Of a stretch of 24,255 bases of DNA, positions 15,272 to 22,963 are shown piece after piece (within the stretch, counting starts at the first letter, position 1; every line of letters starts with the position of its first letter). Source of the stretch: Caldilineaceae bacterium (GTDB lineage Bacteria > Chloroflexota > Anaerolineae > Caldilineales > Caldilineaceae). The notes below the pieces were generated by a model, which did not search any database, was not told the origin of the DNA, and worked only from the letters and a program-made list of their open reading frames with translations. A program made the position numbers and the translations under genes. The stretch lies in contig JAHEML010000003.1 of assembly GCA_024643705.1 (NCBI GenBank), positions 1-24,255 on the forward strand. Direction: 5' to 3'.

Positions 15272-16492
15272 CTACACCGCCATCACCCGCGGCTGCACAT
15301 CCCAGCGCACGGGCAGATTCTTCACCCCGTGCAGGATCACCCCATCGGTTGGGGGCAATGCGCCCGAAGTGCTACGCGCCAGATTGGGCAAGCGTTCCAG
15401 CAGAATGTTCAATACTACTTTGGCTTCCAGCCGGGCCAAGGGAGCGCCCAGGCAATAATGAACCCCTTGCCCAAAGGCAATATGTCTGTTGGGTTTGCGG
15501 CTGATGTCAAAGCGGTTGGCATTCTCGAACTGGCTTTCATCCCGGTTGGCCGAGCCAATCAGCGCGATGACCCGCTGGTCTGGGGGCACTGCGCGCCCGC
15601 CCAGTTCCGTCTCTGCCGAGGAAACCCGGAACATAAACTGCACGGGTGAGTGGAGGCGCAGCACCTCTTCCAGGGCATCGGGCAGCAGAGCGGAATTGGT
15701 CCGCACAGCTTCCAGCGCGTCCCGGTGCTGCATAAAGAGCATCACCGCATTGCTGATCAGATTCGTTGTTGTCACGTTGCCCGCCACCAGCAACAGGCTG
15801 CAAAAATCGAGCAAATCCCACTCGCTCAACTTCTCGCCGTCCATTTCGGAAGCCACCAGCCCACTGATTAGATCGTCCTGGGGAACGGCCCGGCGCTGAT
15901 CAATGATCTTCTTGAAGTAATCACCCATCTCACCGGATCCGAGCGGGGCATCCGCTCCGGCCCGATTGCCCCGCTCGTCCTCTGTCGAAGAAAAGATGTC
16001 GTCTGCGCTGCGCACAATGGCGTCCGACCAGATTTTGAACTGGTCCCGATCCGAAGCTGGCACGCCCAGCATTTCGGCAATCACCATCACGGGCAGAGGA
16101 TAGGCCAAATCTTGCACCAGATCCATGCGTCCGGTGTCTTCCACCTGATCGAGAAGTTCGTGGGTCAGCTCGCCAATACGGCTTTCCAAACTGGCGACGG
16201 CCCTAGGGGTAAAGGCTTTGGTCATCAGTCCACGCAGCTTTGTATGTACCGGCGGATCGGAGGCAATCAGGCTGATTTTGCTCGATTGATCCAACTCTTC
16301 GCCGGGACGAAGGGCGCGCCGGAAATCTGACGAGAAGTGCTCGTAGTCCGACAGGACTTTCTTCACGTCGTCGTAGCGGGTGGCGAACCAAAGATCGTAG
16401 CGGGCAATGCGGACAATGGGCTGAACACGGCGCAGCACCCAGTAAAGCGGGTAGGGGTTGCGCCGCTGAAGGGTAAGAAATTGGTTGATCAC
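15272..16492 (-). CDS. Cytochrome P450, about 406 aa (CYP109-like appearance)
   Basis: Heme motif FGQGVHYCLG, ExxR (EEVLR), DPPVHTKLR, I-helix AGNVTT. Start placed at GTG 16492 after AAGGGT; the ORF track starts at 16669, so the start is uncertain. Confidence 0.95.
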   Translation of the reverse strand: MINQFLTLQRRNPYPLYWVLRRVQPIVRIARYDLWFATRYDDVKKVLSDYEHFSSDFRRALRPGEELDQSSKISLIASDPPVHTKLRGLMTKAFTPRAVASLESRIGELTHELLDQVEDTGRMDLVQDLAYPLPVMVIAEMLGVPASDRDQFKIWSDAIVRSADDIFSSTEDERGNRAGADAPLGSGEMGDYFKKIIDQRRAVPQDDLISGLVASEMDGEKLSEWDLLDFCSLLLVAGNVTTTNLISNAVMLFMQHRDALEAVRTNSALLPDALEEVLRLHSPVQFMFRVSSAETELGGRAVPPDQRVIALIGSANRDESQFENANRFDISRKPNRHIAFGQGVHYCLGAPLARLEAKVVLNILLERLPNLARSTSGALPPTDGVILHGVKNLPVRWDVQPRVMAV

Positions 16493-16740
16493 AGTAGTCA
16501 CCCTTTCTGTATTCGATGGTTTTTGAGAGCCGCTGTCGGAAGGATTCGACAGATTGCTTTTTCTCTTTACATGGCAGATTGCTGTATCAGTGTAGAGCAG
16601 TGGACCGACAAATGGTATAGGGCTGCATCCATTTTGCTTTGCAATGCACAATAGAAAACCGTCGATCACCCATTTGCAGAAGCGATTCGACGGTTTTGCC
16701 TATCGTATGCGGGATAAGCCCAATCTTTGGTGGTGTGTCA

Positions 16741-18078
16741 CTATTCCATCCCCAGCAACACCTCGCGCATCACTTGATAGGCGATCCCGGCTTCTGCTCG
16801 GTTGAGGATCAGCGGTGGCGCCAGGCGCATGGATTTGGCCCCGGCTGTCAGTGTCAGCACACCTTGCTCGAAACAACCCTGCATCCATGCTTTGGCCGTG
16901 GCTTTGTCTGCCGTTTCCAGGCCGATCATCAGCCCCATGCCCCGCACCGAGACCAGCCGGGGGGTCTCTTGGGCCAACTCGCGAAAACGGGCCATGAGCC
17001 AGTCACCCTGCTCCATCGCGTTTTCCATCAGCCCCTCTTCCTCGATTACCCGGATGTTGGCCCGCGCGGCCGCGCAGCCAATGGGTGTGCCACCCCAGGT
17101 GGTGCCGTGGGCGCTCTCCGGCCAGGTGGCAACGCTCTTGCGCGCCATAAATCCGCCCACGGGCACGCCACTGCTGATCCCCTTTGCCATGCAAATAATG
17201 TCGGGTTGCACGCCCCAATGCTCCATGGCAAACCATTTACCCGTGCGCCCAAAGCCCGTCTGCACCTCGTCGGCGACGAAGAGAATCCCGTGTTGGTCGC
17301 ACAGATCACGGATGGCCTGGAAGAAGCCATCTGGCGGCACAATGTATCCGCCCTCGCCCTGGATCGGCTCGGCAATCACCGCGGCCACCTCTTCCGGTGG
17401 GGTGGTCGTCTCGAAAATGGTATGGAATTGCCGTTCGGCCTGCTGGCGACCCCAAATGGTTTCGTCCATTCCAGCGGGGCAATCGTCCCGATTGGGGAAG
17501 GTGAGATGCTCCACACCGGCCAGCAGAGGGCCAAAGCCACGGCGCTGCACGGCTTTGCTGGCTGTCAGGCTGAGCGAACCGGCTGTGCGTCCGTGGAAGC
17601 CACCCCGAAAGGCGATCACCCGCTGGCGACCAGTGAAGTAGCGGGCCAGCTTGAGCGCGCCTTCTACCGATTCTGTGCCGCTATTGGTCAGAAAAACCTC
17701 CCAACCACCGGTGTATGTACCAGTCGGGGCCATCCCCACCAACTGTTCGCATAGTTCCATATAGCCTGGGCTGTAGACATCCGGGCCGCCCACGTGGATC
17801 AGGCGGCGCGCCTGCTGCTCGACGGCCTCTACCACGGCTGGGTGGCAGTGACCCGTGGCGCAGACAGCGATACCGGCGAAGAGATCGAGAAATGTGTTGC
17901 CGTCCACATCCGTCACCCAGCAACCTTGGCCGCTGTGTGGCACAAGGGGATAGACCCGCCCCAGGGCTTTGCTGGTAACGGCTTCGTCCCGGGCGATATA
18001 GGCGGCGGCTTTGGGGCCAGGCAGAGGGGTTGCAATATGGATGCGGTTGGCTTGAGAAAGTGCGGATTGCGTCGTCAT
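16741..18078 (-). CDS. Class-III PLP aminotransferase (GABA/ornithine aminotransferase-like), 445 aa
   Basis: DVDGNTFLD, NSGTESVEGA, FHGRT, EPIQGEGG, DEVQTGFGRTG, MAKG (PLP Lys), HGTTWGG; SD GGAGG upstream of ATG 18078. Confidence 0.95.
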   Translation of the reverse strand: MTTQSALSQANRIHIATPLPGPKAAAYIARDEAVTSKALGRVYPLVPHSGQGCWVTDVDGNTFLDLFAGIAVCATGHCHPAVVEAVEQQARRLIHVGGPDVYSPGYMELCEQLVGMAPTGTYTGGWEVFLTNSGTESVEGALKLARYFTGRQRVIAFRGGFHGRTAGSLSLTASKAVQRRGFGPLLAGVEHLTFPNRDDCPAGMDETIWGRQQAERQFHTIFETTTPPEEVAAVIAEPIQGEGGYIVPPDGFFQAIRDLCDQHGILFVADEVQTGFGRTGKWFAMEHWGVQPDIICMAKGISSGVPVGGFMARKSVATWPESAHGTTWGGTPIGCAAARANIRVIEEEGLMENAMEQGDWLMARFRELAQETPRLVSVRGMGLMIGLETADKATAKAWMQGCFEQGVLTLTAGAKSMRLAPPLILNRAEAGIAYQVMREVLLGME

Positions 18079-18107
18079 TGACACAGGTTCCTCCAGAGAT
18101 GAAATAG

Positions 18108-18134
18108 GGCAAAAGGCAAAAGGAGAAGGCAAAG
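18108..18134. repeat. Heptamer tract GGCAAAA-GGCAAAA-GGAGAA-GGCAAAG
   Basis: Read directly in the 60-bp gap between the cyanophycinase homologue and the aminotransferase. Confidence 0.7.
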
Positions 18135-18138
18135 GGGG

Positions 18139-19035
18139 TCAGGTCATCGCCTTTTTGGGCACGGCATCCTGGGGAATGTCGCTGTGCGCGGGCGGATGGG
18201 CAGTGCGTTGTTGTAGCTGATAGGTGAAGTCGGCGGCCAGAGCATGGATCTTCATGCCCAGCAAACTGAGAGGATTGGTGCTGCGAAAGTCGGCAATGTC
18301 GGTGTAGGTGACGTCGGAACCGTCGACCACCAGCGCGCTGTGTCGCCCGAAAATTTCCAGGGTATCGTCCTGATAGATGGCCGCACCGGTGTCTACTTCC
18401 AGCGAGACGCCGACCAGAAAGGGATTGTAGGCCACCGCGTGGAGCAGGCGAGAGAGGCGATTCCAGCCGTCGCCCACCTCTGTTGAAACCGTGTCCAACA
18501 CCAGCCGGTTGGTCAGCCCCAGCCCCGGTGCAAACTGGATGAGGTGGCGGTGCAGAAATGGGTGATGGCTCTCGTCGTCGCCCCGGGCGTCGTAGGCGAT
18601 CATGTGCTCGCAGAGCAGGGCCGCACCTCGTCCGTAGCCCGCCGCCACTTTCCCCCTGGCGTTGGCACGGCGAATGGACTGGGCCAAGGGTGTGCCGCCC
18701 AGATAGGTTGCCAGGAGAACAGGATTTTCGCCGAGGATGAGAATACCCGTCGCGCTGGTGATGCGCTCCAGATGGGCAGGTTGCAAGGCTTCCTCCCGGC
18801 TGGTGATGCTGAGGATTTCTACCGAGTCGGTTTCCCATGCGGCAAAGAGCGTGCGACATCGCTCGGCCACTGCTGTCGATTCTCTATCGCCTGCCACAAT
18901 GACGATGCGCGCGCCGTAAGCACCTGCTTCTTCCCAGAAATATTGCAGAAGCTGGCTTTCACTTTTTGTGTCGGCGCAGGCCGGGATGAAGAGGAGTGCG
19001 CCTCTGGTATAGCCGGATGGGACTGGTGCGGGCAT
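18139..19035 (-). CDS. Cyanophycinase (peptidase S51)-like protein lacking the catalytic triad, 298 aa
   Basis: Recognisable CphB scaffold (ATGILILG, LGGTPLA..IR, GAA...HMIA, FAPGLG, RLSRLL.AVA.NP.LVGV..EVDTG), but GTSAG reads GYGRG and DQHF reads DTVS. Start set at ATG 19035 to avoid overlap with the upstream gene. Confidence 0.8.
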   Translation of the reverse strand: MPAPVPSGYTRGALLFIPACADTKSESQLLQYFWEEAGAYGARIVIVAGDRESTAVAERCRTLFAAWETDSVEILSITSREEALQPAHLERITSATGILILGENPVLLATYLGGTPLAQSIRRANARGKVAAGYGRGAALLCEHMIAYDARGDDESHHPFLHRHLIQFAPGLGLTNRLVLDTVSTEVGDGWNRLSRLLHAVAYNPFLVGVSLEVDTGAAIYQDDTLEIFGRHSALVVDGSDVTYTDIADFRSTNPLSLLGMKIHALAADFTYQLQQRTAHPPAHSDIPQDAVPKKAMT

Positions 19036-19072
19036 GATGTTGCCTATGGGATGAGAACTGGCGGATATTGGG

Positions 19073-19951
19073 TTACTCGAATTGTAAATTGGCGATGAGA
19101 ATGCGGAACATCTCTTCCAATGCTGGGAAATTTTCATGCTCGCCGGTGAGCGAAAGGATGAGCAATCGCTCGGCCTTGGTGTCGAAGGTGGCTACCTGCC
19201 AACCATCAATCTGTGTGCCGGTTGGTAGTCCATACAGGAGTTCGCCGTCGGAGGTGTAGCGTAACGAGGCCACATCCACCCCACCAGGACGCAGGTTGCT
19301 CTCGATCTGCCCGTCCTGAATCTCGAAACTCTCGATGCTGCCCAATTGGGTGCTCACCATCTTCACGTATGTGTCCAGTGTCAGCCCCTCGGACGGGGCG
19401 ACGATGGCCGTGAAATTACTGACGAATTGATTGTCCTCGATACTTGGATCGTCGAAGAGGAATCCGAGTGCGACAAACAGGTCCAATGCGCCTGGGGTAT
19501 TGAGAAGTTGCCCCAAAATTGTCTCAATTGCAGCACTTGACACGCCATCCTTGGCTTGATCAATCAATGATCCCAGGCTTTCAGCATTGGGTTGAGCCAC
19601 CTCCCATTGGGATGGATAATAGATGACCAGACCCTTCGTCTCGTCGGTGAAGGCGACCCAGTCATCGGGCAGAGATGTGTCCAGCGCAGTTGTGGCTGTG
19701 GGTTCAGGCGTCGGCTCGGGGGTTGGCTCCAGAGTTGGCTCGACTGTCGGCTCTACGGTTGGTGTTGGGGTCGAAGTAGCGGTCGGTTCTGTTGTCGGCT
19801 CTGCTGTCGTCGTGGGCGGGGCAACGGTCTCGGTTGGCGGTAAGGGTGTTGCTGCCTGTTGGGAAACGACCGAAGCATCCGGGCTGCTGCACGCCGCGAA
19901 CAGGAGCACGCAAAATGCAGCTAAAATCCCCTTGATTACTCGTGTACGCAT
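19073..19951 (-). CDS. Putative lipoprotein with a Pro/Thr-rich (xEPT)n linker and a C-terminal globular domain, 292 aa
   Basis: Signal peptide with FAAC lipobox; TEPT/VEPT/PEPT repeats; YYPSQW start of the folded domain, reminiscent of PsbP/DcrB-type domains; SD AGAGG upstream. Confidence 0.85.
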   Translation of the reverse strand: MRTRVIKGILAAFCVLLFAACSSPDASVVSQQAATPLPPTETVAPPTTTAEPTTEPTATSTPTPTVEPTVEPTLEPTPEPTPEPTATTALDTSLPDDWVAFTDETKGLVIYYPSQWEVAQPNAESLGSLIDQAKDGVSSAAIETILGQLLNTPGALDLFVALGFLFDDPSIEDNQFVSNFTAIVAPSEGLTLDTYVKMVSTQLGSIESFEIQDGQIESNLRPGGVDVASLRYTSDGELLYGLPTGTQIDGWQVATFDTKAERLLILSLTGEHENFPALEEMFRILIANLQFE

Positions 19952-20045
19952 CGGGTTTTCCTCTCATGGTGTGAGCGAAAAGTTGGATAAGCATTGTAGC
20001 AGAAGGTGAGCATTGGGCAGAAAAGCTGTGGCATACAAACGGTGT

Positions 20046-20075
20046 TTGACATTGATTCGTCATCGCCGCTATGAT
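20046..20075 (+). promoter_or_regulatory. sigma70-type promoter TTGACA-N18-TATGAT
   Basis: TTGACA 20046-20051, TATGAT 20070-20075, upstream of the epimerase/oxidoreductase pair. Confidence 0.65.
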
Positions 20076-20149
20076 TGACAGCCACGTTATGTATCACTCT
20101 CTGTATCACCCCTTTTCTGCGGCTCTTTTGCAAACAGGAGGAATCATTT

Positions 20150-21040
20150 GTGAAAATCCTCGTTACCGGGGCCAGCGGCAAACTGGCTGCGTATATCATC
20201 CGAGACCTGGCTCGCGACTACGAACTAGTGCTCATGTCCCGGCGCAAACCCGCCGACGAATTCGCTCACCTGCCCTGGATCGAAGGCGATCTGGCGAACT
20301 TTGCAGACTGTCAGCGGGCCGTGGCTGGGGTGGACGCCATTCAGCACATCGGCGCGCAGCCCTGGCCTGTGGATCACCCGGCCATGCGGGCACGGGCCGA
20401 AGAGCAGGCCATCCCCTTCGACGCCACCTTCAAAACCAATATGCTGGGCACGTATTATCTGATGCAGGCCGCGGTGGAAGCGGGTGTGGGTACGGTTGTG
20501 ATTGCGGGCAGCAACTGTGCGCTGGGCCACGGCTTCCGCATCAGCGACACCCCTTTCCCCATCGAAAAACTGCCCATCGACGAAACCCACCCCACCTGGC
20601 CGGAAGATTCCTACAGCTTCACCAAGCGGGCCGGGGAGGACATGCTCGCCTCTTTCAGCCGAGCCTACGGCATCCGTACCTATGTCACCCGCATCGCCGG
20701 CATCTGCCCTCTGGAGCGGCGGCAGGCCATGGCGGCCAACGTCAAACCCGTCCAGATCTGGAGTGATTGGCTCTACTGCTGGGTGAGCAGCGAAGACACT
20801 GCCTCGGCCCATCGGCTGCTGTTAGAAGCCGCGCCGGAACTGCCCGTCCACGATGTCTACTTCCTCAATGCCGACGACACCAGCACCCTGGAACCGTCGC
20901 TGGAACTGCTTGAACGCTTCAATCCTGGACTGCTGCCGCTGGTTACGCAACTGGACGGCCATCAATCCTTCCTCAACTGCGATAAACTCAAACAGGCCGT
21001 CGGCTGGCGGCACCACCAATCTTGGAGAGAACATCTATGA
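20150..21040 (+). CDS. NAD-dependent epimerase/dehydratase (extended SDR), 296 aa
   Basis: SD AGGAGG before GTG 20150; KILVTGASGKLA Rossmann motif; YSFTK (YxxxK). Confidence 0.92.
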   Translation: MKILVTGASGKLAAYIIRDLARDYELVLMSRRKPADEFAHLPWIEGDLANFADCQRAVAGVDAIQHIGAQPWPVDHPAMRARAEEQAIPFDATFKTNMLGTYYLMQAAVEAGVGTVVIAGSNCALGHGFRISDTPFPIEKLPIDETHPTWPEDSYSFTKRAGEDMLASFSRAYGIRTYVTRIAGICPLERRQAMAANVKPVQIWSDWLYCWVSSEDTASAHRLLLEAAPELPVHDVYFLNADDTSTLEPSLELLERFNPGLLPLVTQLDGHQSFLNCDKLKQAVGWRHHQSWREHL

Positions 21041-22146
21041 AAGCGCCAATTCGTATGGGTGTCATCGGCACTGGCAGCATCGCGGTGCGGGGTATTTTGC
21101 CCCACCTGACAATGGACGACGTGCAGGATCGGGTCAACGTGGTCGCCGTCTGCGACCCGGTTTTCGAGCGGGCACAGGCTGCCGCGGCCCGTTTTGGGGC
21201 CAAACACGCCTTTGCCACCGCTGAAGAACTGCTGGCCTCGGGCACGGTGGACGCAGTCTCCATCGCCTCGCCCATCGGTTTCCATTTTGAGCAGGGGATG
21301 CAATGTGTGGAGGCGGGAATACATGTCCACTTTAACAAGAGTATGACCACAACCGTTGACGAGGCAGATCGGCTGATTGCCGCGGCCAATGCAAAGGGCG
21401 TCAAACTCGTATCCTCCCCCGGCGAAATGCTGCGCCCCCGCCATCAGGCCATCAAAGCCATGATCGACGATGGCGCGCTGGGACGGCTGACCTGGGCGGT
21501 CACTGGCTCGGCTTTCGGTCAATACCACGAAAAAGAGAGTGTGCGCCACGGCGACGACCCGCTCACTAACATCAACCCGGCCTGGTATTTTCGGCGGCCA
21601 GGAGGCGGCCCCCTCTACGATATGACCGTCTATGGCCTCCACGCCATGACGGGTATCCTCGGCCCGGCCAAGCGAGTGACCGGTTTCTCCGGCGTGCGGG
21701 TCACGGAGCGGGAGTTCCGGGGTGAGAAGTTGCCCACGGACATGGACGACAATACCCTGATGGTACTGGACTTTGGCGACAACTTTTTTGCGTTTGTCTA
21801 TGGCGTGGCCGCGGGTGGATTGCCCCAGATGGGTCGCCCACTGATCTTCGGCACGGGTGGCAGCATCAACGGCAACAAGCTCAACGGGGAAGTCTTCGAC
21901 TATCCGGGGCGGGAACTGGACGAGGAATACGGCATGAACGGCAGCCTGCCCCACGTGGTCGGCCCCCATTTGCACCAGGAAGAATCCCATGTTTACGAGG
22001 ATGTGATGCAGTTGGTGGACCTGCTGCGGGACGGCACGCCCACTCTGTCAACTGCGGAACACGCCCGTCACGTCATCGAGATTTTTGACGGGGCCTATCG
22101 CAGCGCAGAGAGTGGAAAAGCTGTGGAGTTGCGCACGACGTTCTGA
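21037..22146 (+). CDS. Gfo/Idh/MocA family oxidoreductase, 369 aa
   Basis: IRMGVIGTGSIA, VVAVCDP, DAVSIASP..FH, GGGPLYDMTVY; the ATG overlaps the upstream TGA (ATGA). Confidence 0.92.
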   Translation: MKAPIRMGVIGTGSIAVRGILPHLTMDDVQDRVNVVAVCDPVFERAQAAAARFGAKHAFATAEELLASGTVDAVSIASPIGFHFEQGMQCVEAGIHVHFNKSMTTTVDEADRLIAAANAKGVKLVSSPGEMLRPRHQAIKAMIDDGALGRLTWAVTGSAFGQYHEKESVRHGDDPLTNINPAWYFRRPGGGPLYDMTVYGLHAMTGILGPAKRVTGFSGVRVTEREFRGEKLPTDMDDNTLMVLDFGDNFFAFVYGVAAGGLPQMGRPLIFGTGGSINGNKLNGEVFDYPGRELDEEYGMNGSLPHVVGPHLHQEESHVYEDVMQLVDLLRDGTPTLSTAEHARHVIEIFDGAYRSAESGKAVELRTTF

Positions 22147-22196
22147 TATTTGAACATGATGTTCTGATACGTGTAAGAAGTGAAAACGTCTAACAC

Positions 22197-22251
22197 GTGA
22201 AAAGGTGAAACGTGAGATCGGCCCACACGATCTCACGTTTCACCTTTTCAC
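22197..22251. terminator. Perfect 24-bp inverted repeat between convergent genes, built from heptamer-like units
   Basis: GTGAAAAGGTGAAACGTGAGATCG (22197-22220) / CGATCTCACGTTTCACCTTTTCAC (22228-22251), 7-nt loop; no clean poly-T tail. Confidence 0.65.
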
Positions 22252-22288
22252 TATTCCAGCACAGTGAGTCAATCGGTGTACCTGGGCT

Positions 22289-22324
22289 TACCCACTTCCC
22301 AACTACCCATTACCCAATACCCAA
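22289..22324. repeat. Heptamer tract TACCCAC-TTCCCAA-C-TACCCAT-TACCCAA-TACCCAA
   Basis: Read directly; overlaps the last codons and stop of the SGNH gene. Confidence 0.75.
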
Positions 22325-22938
22325 TACGCCCCCAACCACCCCGCAATATACGCTGCCTGCTTCTCCCGGATGTGATCATGAAAATGCACATGATCGCAGT
22401 ACAGTTCCGGCCCCAAATTGCGGGTGAAATTGTGCAGATCGATGGACGGCACGCCCACCGTTGCCATCAACTCATCTGCGACGGCGTTGTAGGCCATGCA
22501 ATCTGCTGAAAAGCGATGAAATGTCGTATCCGGGCGGTTGTTGTGCACTGTCTCGTCGCAAGGTGTCGTCCTCACCCAGATCATTGGCACACCGGCCTGC
22601 CGAGCCAAAGCAACGATTCCTTCCAAATTGAGCCGGTAGTCGTCGATTGCCACCTGCTTGTTGCCCGTGATCGGGTCGGTTTTAATATCGTGCAACCCGC
22701 AATTCACCAGCAGCAGATCGGTGGTCCAGTCGCCGCTCTCTGTCAGCCCCCGCAAAAAGGCCAGCACCACCGACGAATCGCCGCCATTGTCGCCCTGGGG
22801 GCTGGGCAGATCGAACTGGGCCTCGGTCTCTGCCGTTTTGCGGGCATAGGCAAGGCGTCCGGCCAGATATTGCTCCAGATACGGTCCGTATTGAATCGAA
22901 ATGCTGTCACCGATCACATACAGCAATGGTCTTTTCAT
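22303..22938 (-). CDS. SGNH/GDSL-family hydrolase, 211 aa
   Basis: Block I GDSIS, block III NCGLHD, block V DHVHF. Confidence 0.92.
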   Translation of the reverse strand: MKRPLLYVIGDSISIQYGPYLEQYLAGRLAYARKTAETEAQFDLPSPQGDNGGDSSVVLAFLRGLTESGDWTTDLLLVNCGLHDIKTDPITGNKQVAIDDYRLNLEGIVALARQAGVPMIWVRTTPCDETVHNNRPDTTFHRFSADCMAYNAVADELMATVGVPSIDLHNFTRNLGPELYCDHVHFHDHIREKQAAYIAGWLGAYWVLGNG

Positions 22939-22963
22939 GTCCCCTCCTTGTCGGGTTGGCCCA

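Noticed and set aside
15152-15649. 165-aa plus-strand ORF starting inside the tRNA
   Set aside because: Overlaps the tRNA, the terminator and the P450 antisense strand; no protein features.
19697-19812. DNA-level VNTR in the lipoprotein gene
   Set aside because: The (xEPT)n repeat is degenerate at synonymous sites, so it is an ordinary old Pro/Thr linker, not an active tandem repeat.
15108-19951. Intact genomic island or prophage at the tRNA
   Set aside because: No integrase, no distant copy of the tRNA 3' end, and no evident compositional shift; the downstream genes are metabolic.
22152-22164. Second SOS box GAAC-ATGAT-GTTC
   Set aside because: The spacer is 5 nt rather than 4, and the site lies downstream of a stop codon between convergent genes, not in a promoter.
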